In this document: positions 25,638-35,549 of the stretch, one piece after another
Numbering within the stretch: position 1 is the stretch's first letter
Layout: the number at the start of each line of letters is the position of its first letter
Assembly (NCBI GenBank): GCA_010405405.1
Contig: MU004232.1
Span: 2,673,038-2,737,037 of the forward strand
Source of the DNA: Microthyrium microscopicum
Taxonomy: Eukaryota
Length of the DNA: 64,000 nt
Reading direction: 5' to 3'
Notes under the pieces: generated by a model
Databases searched by the model: none
What the model saw: only the letters and a program-made list of their open reading frames with translations
What the model was told of the DNA's origin: nothing
Position numbers and translations under genes: made by a program

Positions 25638-27718
25638 TAGTAAAATGTGCTAAGGGCTATTCCTAAATAGGAAATAAAGATAGAAGTTTAGGTATTATTC
25701 TATATGTTAAAAAGTAGTGCAAAATATTAACATTTTTACTATAAATAAAGCCTATAGGACTAGGCTAGAATATTAACTCCTTTAACCCTATTTTTACGCC
25801 TAAAACACGCCTCTAGAGAAATTTATCTCTTCCGCATTCTATTACCGTTTTTATATTCTCCTATATCTATTCTGTATTTAATCTTAAAGCTATTTTTAGT
25901 ATAGTAGTAGGATTTTTATATAGTCTTCCTTACTTCGCTAAAAGTCTAATTAGTACTATAGTAGTAGGTCTTTTACGTAGTCTTCCTTACTTTACTAGAG
26001 TAGGAATTAATATTATAATAGTTAAAGTAGTAGTAATGCTACCTTATAAAGTTATCTTAATGGTAGTAAAAGCTACTAGCGTAAGATTTAAGGCTAAAAT
26101 AGCTTCTAAAGCTATAGATCTAGCTTTAAGGGTAGTAATATATTGCTTTAACTTCTTAATAGTATCTTCTTATTAATTAACCTTCTCTTAAAGCACTTTA
26201 TATAATAGTAAAGCTACATAGGCTATATAGTAGCATTTTAGTGCTAGTTCCTTATCTTTAGAGCTACTTAAATTTAAGGAGAGTTTAATAACTTTAGGTA
26301 TATTAATAGTAGTCTTTTTAGTAGAAGAATCTTTAATAGGTATAATATTAAACTAATTAAGCTCTTATAGTAGCATTTAGCTATTATATTCTTAAAGATT
26401 AAGATATTCTTACTATAATAGTTCTAGAGTATTATAAGTTTCTTCTTCTTTATTAGAATTAAGTTCTTTAAGCTAATTATTATAGCGTTAGTAGTCTCTA
26501 TAGCGTTTACGCTATTTAGTATACATCTTATTATATTAAGCTATTATAGTATTAAATTTACATATAATATACTCTATTTATTAACGTTCTTTTATAATAT
26601 CCTAAGTACGTTATTAAGTATTAATTACTTACTTCTTAGCCTAAGATATTTATAATATTTCTTACTCTATAGATTATACTAACGCTAAAACATTATTATT
26701 AAATCTTATTTATTGTCTTTTAGCTACGCTAATAGGCTATGTAGACGCTACTCTTAATAAGTAAGTAAAAACCCTTATCTAATTAGCTAATCTACTCAAA
26801 TCTAGCCAAGCTAGCTTACTCTAGGCCTAAGGCTTAGTCTAGCTTTAGCTAACCTCTATATATTTAGTAAACCAAAGCGCTAACTATATAAGAGAAAACC
26901 CTACTATTATGTTCTATATACTAATTTATACTAAGGCTAATATTATACCTTACTAAGCCCTATTAGCCCTCTAAGCCGTAGAAGCTTTAGTAAGTTAAGG
27001 AGCTAAATTCTAGGAAGTATTTAGCCTATTAGCACTTCTCTAGGTATATTATCTATTATAGAAATATATTCTTTTATTTAGTCTACTACTTTAAGTTCTT
27101 AAAGTTACTAAAATTATTACCCTATAAGGCTAATTCCTTCCTTATTATTATATTAGATCCCTCTATTCTTACCGTAATACTAATTTAAGGCAGCGCTAAT
27201 AATCTACTAAGAGCTATCTATCTACGCTATACTTTACTTTTAAGCTAAGATCTAGGTCCTTTAGCCTAGTATATTCTAAGTTACCTCCCCTAAATCTGCT
27301 AACTTATCCTATAGTGCTATTATACTAACCTAAGGGCACCGTACTTACTAAGCTATAGTGTCCTAGATTCTATAAGTTTCTACCGTATTATTTAGTCTAA
27401 TCTTTACCTCCTGTAGCTAGATTTTAGGCTTACTAAGCTAGGGCTAATTATCTAATCTAATTACTAAGAGCTATAAAAGAATTAGCTTTAGCATACTAAA
27501 TTTACTACGCTTTAGTAATATTATAGCTTTATTTTATATATAGCTTTGCGTACCAAGTAGCTAATTTCTAATTATATAATTTTTAATACTAGTCCATTAT
27601 TATTAGTAGGGCTTCAATAAAGATAATCTTATAGCTATATATAGTAGTTACGTAATATAAAAATTTATACCTTCTACAACGTATTAAAAAGAGCTATAGC
27701 TTATCCTCTATACCTACT

Positions 27719-27747
27719 AAAAAGGGAAGGATAACCTTCCCTAAAAA
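27719..27747 (-). other. Perfect 8-bp hairpin flanked by T5 tracts downstream of the tRNA head
   Basis: AGGGAAGG-ATAA-CCTTCCCT at 27723-27742. A5 runs at 27719-27723 and 27743-27747 read as T5 on the minus strand. Confidence 0.6.
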
Positions 27748-27793
27748 GGGGTGAACATAGCTTTAAAAGCAAGTAACGATTATCTTTTTAGAG

Positions 27794-27889
27794 TGGTAGG
27801 AGAGACGGGAATTAAACCCGTGCCCTGCGGATCTCAAGCAGGTAGGGCCTACCGCAAGATCGCAAGTACTACTACTGTACTACTCCCCT
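27794..27889 (-). ncRNA. tRNA-like Pol III head with encoded CCA and non-canonical anticodon arm
   Basis: Acceptor stem AGGGGAG/CTCTCCT followed by A and CCA. D arm GTAC-AGTAGTA-GTAC (A box). T arm ACGGG-TTTAATT-CCCGT (B box GGTTCAATTCC after de-RIP). A ~40-nt hairpin replaces the anticodon arm. Confidence 0.8.
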
Positions 27890-30066
27890 ACGCTAAAACA
27901 TTAATAATATTATAAGATAGTAGTGCTAGTATCTTAAACTAAGAGAGGATTTAACCTAATAGAGCTATAGGGCATAATTAAGATAAAGATACTTAAGGAT
28001 AACTGCTACTATTAACGCTAATTAGAGGTAGAATTCCTAGTATAAGTTTAGGTAGTTAAGGGCTACGAATTAAATAAAGAGAAGGATCTAAATCTATAAC
28101 TCTAGAGTAAATTTAATTATAGTACTAATACGGATTAATATTACTTAGTTCTAGCTACTACTTATTATTAAAAGTAAGATATTATTCTATAATATAACTA
28201 TAAAGTAATCTAAAGATCTTAGTAAAGGTATTTAAATATACTATTACTAGTTCTTTACTACTACTCTTATTCTTAAACTTCCTATACTATTTTTTAACCT
28301 TTTTAATAGTAAATATACTAATAAAGTAGTTATACTTCTATAGAACAATTAGAAGGTATTTCTTCCTTAAATTATATATAAAACTATTAGCATTAGTAGC
28401 TATAAAGCCTTAAAGCTTATAGAATTAATCTTAAAGGATAATCTCAAGGAAATTAACTATAGAGAGTAAATCTCTACCTACTTTAACCTATTCTTTAACA
28501 GCCTTATAGAGGCCCTCTAATAGCGATATTATCTTACTATTAAAGTATTAATAGTAATAAGTATATACTTTATAGAACTAATCTTTATATAGTATCTAAG
28601 TAGCCTTAATATAAGACGTTAGTTTCTATCTCTTATTATTATTAAATTTAGTTTTAAAAGCTATTTAGAGCTTATCTAGTTCGTCCTATAATAAGGCGTT
28701 TACTATCTATAAGATTATTAGTAAAATAACTATCTAATAAGTAAAATCTAGCTTACCTTAAGCTATACATTATAGGCTACTTTTTAAGCCTTTATTGTTA
28801 CTATATTACTAAAACTACCTTTAATATAATCTAAGTAATTATAGATAGCTTTAATACGCTTTTTAATATTATAGTTTAGGTAGTAGTAGTAAATAAGCTA
28901 TAGAATAAACTTATCATTACTAATATAAAGTTTAGTATAAAGAGTATTCTTTAATGCTTTATATTAATTAATAGTAATAATATTTAGTATAGAAATCTTA
29001 CTATTATCTTAAATAACTTTATTTTACACCTAAAGAGCCTATTTATACTTATCTTTATCTTTTACTATAAGGAAGATAAACGCTATTAAGAAGTAGTTAT
29101 TAATTAACGTTAAAGTATAAGAATATAACATTAGCATTTAATAATAATTAGTCTTATAAGTATAATTAAATATTATAACGTTAGAATAATTCTAATAAAG
29201 CTTAATTTACTTCTTTAAAGAAATAAAAAAATTCTTAAAATAATTATTTATAATATACGTTTTAAATATAAAGTCTAGATATTCTTTTAACTTATTAATT
29301 AAGGTCTAAACTAAAGTATAGCCTACTATGCGTTAAATTTAAACCTAATTATAAGTATTATAGATATCTTTAATAGTAATAGTAGCATTAGGATATTTTT
29401 ATTAAATATTTTTAAGTATTTACTTTAGAGTATTCTTTAGTTTTAATAATTACTTAACCTTTATAGTAATATTAGTTAATTAAATATTATATTAATAATA
29501 AGAAGCTAGCGTATCGTTTAATATAATTACAAAATAATTATAGTGTCCTTTAACGCGTAATTACTAATAATAAGCTAAATCTTCGTCCTAAAGATGCTTA
29601 ATAATAATCTTAAAGAGATATCTATTATAAACTAATATATAGTTACGTAATCTAATACCCTTTAGGATATAGTCTCTTTACTTTAAGTACTTAAAATATA
29701 TAGTATAAATCTTATTCTTCTTATTCTTTTTATTTTACTTCTTTTATATAGAATAACTATTATTTTTACTATAAATTATAACTACGTCTTTTACTTCTTA
29801 CTAGCTATTATATAATAGCGCTACTAAGATATTTAGAATAGATAGTTAATCTATAGTAGTTAATAGTAGTAGGAATATTATAGTATTAGTAGTAATAAAG
29901 AGTCGTAGTAAAAAGGAGTTAATAAAATAAAGTTAGAAAATAATATAATAGAGCCCTAGTATATTTTAGGCTAAATCCTACTATGTTAGGTTAGTTTAAT
30001 ACAAAAGTAGAGAGAATTACTATATTAGGTTAGCGTTGGCTAGGGCTTGTACCAATAAATAATCCA

Positions 30067-30132
30067 AAGGGGGATTTTAGTAGATCTTGAGGGGGATTTT
30101 AGCTAATTCAAGGGGGGATTTTAGAAACAGCC
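30067..30132. repeat. Right TIR with 3 tandem GGGGGATTTTAG motifs
   Basis: Reverse complement of the left TIR motif array. Confidence 0.9.
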
Positions 30133-30312
30133 GCTAATAAATAGTCCTCGAACTTCTTCCCAAAAAAGTGTCCTGTATCTTCATCTCTTCACATGCTCCA
30201 TCTTCCATCACTTCCCTTCTAACCATTACCAACATTCATTGTGGTAGTGGCTTTTACCATTAATCCTTCTTTTGAGCGTTATCCTGCATTTGCATTTGTT
30301 ATCCTTATTTCA

Positions 30313-31975
30313 ATGTCTCAATCCCAGTCAGAAAACCTCAGTGACATTGTGGGACACCCTGAAGCAGTAAAGCAAGGCGCCTCTGGCCCATCATCAACTT
30401 CCTCGTCATCGACGACAATATCCTCCGAAGGTGATGACCTGGCTTGGGAGGAGCATACACGGGGCTTTGAGCTTCCTCGAACACTCAAAGCTTACACCTG
30501 CTTGATCGGGTGTTTTTTCTGCATGTTCAATAGCTGGGGGCTAGGTAATGTCTTTCCGGATTTAGTAAACGACTAGACTAATGACACCCAGTGAACGCTT
30601 ATGGGACCTTCGCATCTTTCTATGTAGAGTCCCTCTTACCGAACACGAGCCTCACAGAAATTGCCCTCATTGGAGCACTCCAATGCTTCTTCATTCTAAT
30701 ATTTTCGTCCATAGCCGGAAGACTGCTGGATGCTGGCCATTATAGGAAACTCTCCTTCGCTGGGTGGGCCCTGACGAGCCTAGCAACTTTCACCTTGAGT
30801 CAGGTTGCAAGGGAACTCTCCTCCGCAGATGGAACTCGCCACATTGGGAACTATGGCGCGGTTCTGGCAGCTCAGGGACTGACTATGGCCCTGGGACAAG
30901 CTTCTTATTTTGTTTCAAGCTCACAAAGTAAGTAATCACTTTTGGCACCAAGCTCCCTACTAATTACAGCGTTAAGTTGTTTCTACTTGGTTTCCAAAAG
31001 CTAAAAACACCGCAATTGGATTTGTTGCGTGTGGAGCAAGCGTTGCTGGAGTCATATACCCCGTTGCATTCAGGAGTTTTGTTAGAGATTACGGTTGGGA
31101 AGGAGGCATTCTTCGGCTTGCAGGAATTGTGTCCGGAACTGGACTCATATCTCTCTTTCTGGCGGTACCAAATCCAACATTCCCAATTAGGAAGCCGAAA
31201 ACGTGGATATCAAGGGAAGTTTGGATTGACTATGCCGCCTTCAAGTGGCGACCATATTTGCTACATGTCTTGAGTATTTCGTTCCTGTTCCTCGGGTTTT
31301 ATTCCATCTTCTTCAACCTGGAGGAGTGGTCAGTTTCTGCAGGTTTTGGATACCGGGAAGTTTCTCCTCTGAGAGATGAGAATGACCCACCCGCAATGAG
31401 AACATTCTATCTACTTGCGATCATGAACGGTGCCAGTAGCATTGGCCGAATATCAGCTGGAGTCATTAGCGACTAGTGAGTAGCCCTGTGGTCACTTGTG
31501 TCCGGCTAACGATAGGTACAGTTATGGTGCCCTCAACACCCACTGTCTGGTAACCTTTCTATCCTCACTTCTTGTGTTGATATGGTGGCCACTCATGTCA
31601 GACATTACCCAGGCTGTGGCATTTACTATTGTCTTCGGTGCCATATCCGGCTCCGTCATAGGCCTACCCCCGGCAGTCGTTGCTGATCTTCTTGGGCCAA
31701 ATCGAATACAGCAACTTGGCCAATGGGTGGGTATGATGTACGCTTTGGCTGCCCCATTTGCTCTTATTGGACCAGTCATTGCCGCACTCCTCATTACGAC
31801 TTATGAAACCTATTTGACAGTCCAAATGTGGGCTGGTGTTTCTCTTTTTCTTTCTTCAGGGTTTATGTTAGCATCTATTATTAGTCGTCGGCGAGAACGA
31901 CAGCGAAGGGTAGGGAGTTCTGGAGTTCAAATTGAGGTTTCAGGTGCTGTAACTGGAACCGGAAGCAACGTGTGA
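30313..31975 (+). CDS. MFS monocarboxylate-transporter-family protein (MCH-like)
   Basis: Motifs FNSWGL(V)NAYGTF, GRLLDAG, WF...A.G...CGASVAG and NGASSIGRI; multiple TM helices; 3 introns. Confidence 0.88.
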
Positions 31976-32142
31976 TGATAACATTTGCTATGTGGGCGTA
32001 TTTTGACGAGACATGACATGGATGGGATTCAAATGCAACTCAGAGGTGTAATTATATTCTAACTAATAGACAGGCTTTTTCAACGCAATGACTTTCAAGA
32101 ATCAACCCCAAAGTGAAAAATGAATAGATACTGGCTTTGAAC

Positions 32143-32854
32143 CTAGTTCGGAAGACCAGGGCAGTTCTCAACACCACTGGTATCAACGGAAGTATAAGGA
32201 CTGACATCAGTCCAAATGATTCCATAGCTATTAGACAATTAGTTAGAGTCATACACGCAAGATTACCAGAGAACTCACTCGCTGCTTGGGTAGGTTGGCA
32301 CTTTCTTAGCTCCCAGTGCCTGTACAATATCGCTGAGGGCATCATGCTCCCAGCATATCAAGATGTTGCCAGATCCCTACAACGATTAGCGAGGTGAAGG
32401 TCGTCACTGGACTCTGGACTCACGGTGTAGTTGTTGACGAGCTTTGCAACACACTTCTGGTCATCACGTTGACAGGAAGTGTCAATCGGGATTCCAAGGT
32501 TTTGGGAAAGCGGGACTACAGTGTCATAGGGACGTTGTTGTGATCCATCTGTAAGCATGTGAGAAGGTGTCGTACTATTTGTGAGGAAGGACTTACCTGA
32601 TTGTGGTGTTTGTGCAATGATCTTGGCGATGTAGTAGGACGATTGATAGCCGAAGACGTTGGGAAGACATTGTGAACGCTGGACACCTTGAGCGCTCAAG
32701 CCATTGCCACTGTCTGGCTTCTCTCTGGGGTGTCCTGTTAGCAGAGTGAAAACAATTGTGAAGAAGTCGCATACCCATGTCTGATGAGATATACAGTCGG
32801 TGGACCAGCAGCTACCAAGCCAAGGAGAGAAGCAATAATAATTGAAGAACGCAT
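32143..32854 (-). CDS. Secreted histidine-phosphatase / phosphoglycerate-mutase-like protein
   Basis: Signal peptide MRSSIIIASLLGLVAA, then VYLIRHG(EKP), GLSAQGVQRSQCL, RPYDTVVPL and NILICWEH. Ends ENCPGLPN*. Several introns. Confidence 0.8.
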
Positions 32855-33801
32855 ATTGAAATATCCCACGATGTCCTATAAATATGATAATTGGACCGTT
32901 TTATGTTTCAACACTCATCCTATAAGGTGGAAACGGCCAAGCTTTATACACATTGTGATACCTCTTCCCTCTGTACTCTGTAAGACCAAGCATTGGACAC
33001 ATGTGCATATTTGCTTGTTGTATTTCCAGATTCAAGAAGGATGGGGGATCGACACTAGTAGTGCAACCTTAAATCCAACCAATCCTGCTGCATATAGCAA
33101 GAGGCGCGGGCCGAACCCGAAACGTGAGGGTTCGCGATGACCTTATTCGCTGAAAGCTTCGAGAAGCTTTACGCATAAAAAGTAGAAATAAGGCTTTGCA
33201 TAACTTCATAGTGGGATATACGCAGGCGGTGGAGGACGTGCCGTAAAGCTAAGAACAGAGGCGTTACTAGAAAGTTCGATTTTGAGGTTGAATGGTGCAT
33301 TAGGAAGATATTTAGGAAGGTGTTCTGACGGCTCGTCAACGGTTCCGTGGTTTATGCTGAAGACTAGGTGGAATTTGAGTTTAAGGTTGTCATAAAGTTT
33401 GTTTATGTGCTAATACAGCATCGTAACAGTGTGCGACAACGAGTTACAATGGAGTACAAGAGGTTCCGCTGAGAGTGGGGCGAAATACACAACTAATAGA
33501 TTGAGGTTTAGTTACGGGACTGGTCATTCTAGGAATCTCGTGTAGAAATATATAGGAAAGATCGTGTCATTCGAGAGGATACTGAAGATTCGGGGTGAGA
33601 AGGAGAAGTTGAATGAGAGACATACAAACACTCTCCAGGCTCCCTGTACTTCTTGATTAGCTGACGGCTTGAACAATAAGAGGACCTCAAGAAGACGAGT
33701 TCCAATTCTGTATACATAAGGTATAAGGGTTACTTCCCACGAATTAGACTGTCAGAAGAGGAATATCAGAAGAAATGACTGCATCGTACAATACTGAAGT
33801 T

Positions 33802-34959
33802 TCACTCTTTTGACTCTTTCTCTTCCTGTTGTATGCTCTTCCAGCTCTTGGGATACCCTCTTTCATTCCTCCACTGTTCAGCCTCAGCTTGCACACGCTG
33901 CCAAAGACCTTCTCTCCAGCCTCCTTTAGTATCATCAGCCCATGAGGGAGAGTCTCCAAAGGTCCAAGACAGAAAGCTCTCTGCTCTGGCACCATCTGGT
34001 GCGTTGAGCAATCCAATTGCTACATCAACAATATCAGGCCTATCGTCTACAGCATAGAATACCATAGCCGAGCAATTCTTGCAGAAGTAGCGCTGTACAT
34101 CCGGGGAAGACTTGTAGTACGCCAGTGTGCCCATTTGCGGATCATCAGCATCAACAGCCGCTTTGAGCTCTGCTGTTGACACTGGAAACGCTTTGCCAGC
34201 CCCTTCGGAGCTAGATGAATAGAAAATATTGGTCAACTCAGAGAACGTCCAATGGAAGATGTCGACGCCAGACTGAAGACGACACGAATCGCATACGTCG
34301 AAGGTCGCCTTGGGTTTGTGATTTCGAGGATCGATGAACCATGGAAGCTCTTCGTCCGTCTTGCCTTGATAGTTGCCAGGCTTGAGTATCAGGTCAACGC
34401 CCTTGCAATGACATTGAATTGAAAGTTCGCCACACTCCAGTTTCGCATGATAGCCTGACAAGCTCGAGGAAGGCGGCCAATCATGAGGATATTCTTCTCC
34501 TTGGCTTCGTGACTTGAAGCGTGGAATTTCATCCCCATTAACATTGGGTTTACGCAGCCACATAGTCGCGCCGCCATCTATGGTGTCTTCCACGTGCATA
34601 TGGTACATGATCTTGACCAAATCGACGTCGTGATTTTTTAAAACACCAGTGATGACGCCCAATTCACCAGGACGCTTAGTCCACTCGAAGAAGCAGCCTG
34701 AAGAGCATGTTCCGCAGAAAAGAATGGTGATGTCGTCTGAAAACTGGTACGTTATCAGTGTTGAGGTATCCACGTCCTTCGCAGCCACTGGCCAAGTCGC
34801 GCCCATTGAATAGAGTGCGCCGGTGACATGACGGCATGAATTACAGTGGCAGATTACTGCTTTCAGCGGGAGCTCAGAAGTCGGTATTTCTGCGTTGAAT
34901 GTGTGCGTTTTGCAGAGGCACTCTGCAGTTATGGTGATTTTCTCTTGGTCGGAGGACAT
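33802..34959 (-). CDS. Tandem GFA/CENP-V (Mss4-like) domain protein
   Basis: Two repeats of the Cys pattern: CLC...CHCNSCR...FCGTCSS and CHC...CDSCR...RYFCKNCS. Confidence 0.88.
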   Translation of the reverse strand: MSSDQEKITITAECLCKTHTFNAEIPTSELPLKAVICHCNSCRHVTGALYSMGATWPVAAKDVDTSTLITYQFSDDITILFCGTCSSGCFFEWTKRPGELGVITGVLKNHDVDLVKIMYHMHVEDTIDGGATMWLRKPNVNGDEIPRFKSRSQGEEYPHDWPPSSSLSGYHAKLECGELSIQCHCKGVDLILKPGNYQGKTDEELPWFIDPRNHKPKATFDVCDSCRLQSGVDIFHWTFSELTNIFYSSSSEGAGKAFPVSTAELKAAVDADDPQMGTLAYYKSSPDVQRYFCKNCSAMVFYAVDDRPDIVDVAIGLLNAPDGARAESFLSWTFGDSPSWADDTKGGWREGLWQRVQAEAEQWRNERGYPKSWKSIQQEEKESKE

Positions 34960-35549
34960 TGTGTTTGGTGATGTGAAGGAAGCTGAAGATGGATGCCTTG
35001 TGATGAATTACGATCACGATATGGAGCAAGGAGGGGTTGTACGACTGATACGAACGCGCCAAGTCTCTCCGTAATTCAAGTGAAAAATGTCCAGTTGGTC
35101 TTTACGAACCTGTAAGGTGAGGTCCAAGGATAGATACCTATAGAAACCGTATAAGACTGGTTGTTATGTGATGAAAAGCAGTGGCATCAGGACCAGCTTT
35201 TTGGCTGAACAAAATTTACTCCAGTAACGCTATGTCTTGGGACTTAAGCCGCTGCTTTAGGAGGTATTTGGGGTATTATTCGGGCGTAGAAGTACCTAAA
35301 GTAGCCCTAGCGTCGACTTAATAAAAGGGACGTTTACCCCTACTTATAGGATTAGGATTTGTAGTATATAGGGTACCCTTCTTAAATATTCTCTTCTAAT
35401 ATTAGTAGTAGTAAGGCTAAGATTATTAGGTAGTACTGCTAAGTAGCTTAATAGCTAGTTCCTTAAAGATATTTAAAGAACTTAGCTACTATATAAATTT
35501 CTACGAATAGATTATTATTAATATTATTAACTCTAGATTTAGTAGCAAA

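Larger units (their letters stand above)
26696..27889 (-). mobile_element. tRNA-headed SINE-like retroposon, 1,194 bp, nested in the MULE
   Basis: 14-bp direct repeat ACGCTAAAACATTA at 26682-26695 and 27890-27903. The tRNA-like head starts immediately inside the right copy and the 3' end is A-rich (ACAATAAATAAGATTTAATAA). Confidence 0.8.
25850..29900 (-). pseudogene. RIP-destroyed MULE DDE transposase, interrupted by a SINE-like insert
   Basis: De-RIPped motifs: TD..KALKNAL (~28950), QLICxxHL (~28885), YIKATW.P.K..F...YT....HF..KTTSPLEGLHKAVK (E codon 28515-28517) and FGLPCSHI...DIDPHW (~28130-28215). Gene ends are approximate. Confidence 0.8.
25572..30132 (-). mobile_element. Complete RIP-mutated Mutator/MULE DNA transposon (4,561 bp including nested insert)
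   Basis: TIRs GGCTGTTTCTAAAATCCCCCC.../...GGGGGGATTTTAGAAACAGCC. Perfect 9-bp TSD GCTAATAAA at 25563-25571 and 30133-30141. AT-rich interior depleted in CA/TG. Confidence 0.93.

Noticed and set aside
25850..26680. Separate second MULE ORF
   Set aside because: It is in frame with the transposase once the 1.2-kb insert is removed.
27794..27889. Functional tRNA gene
   Set aside because: There is no canonical 7-nt anticodon loop, the A/B boxes are RIP-mutated, and it sits precisely at the end of a TSD-flanked insert.
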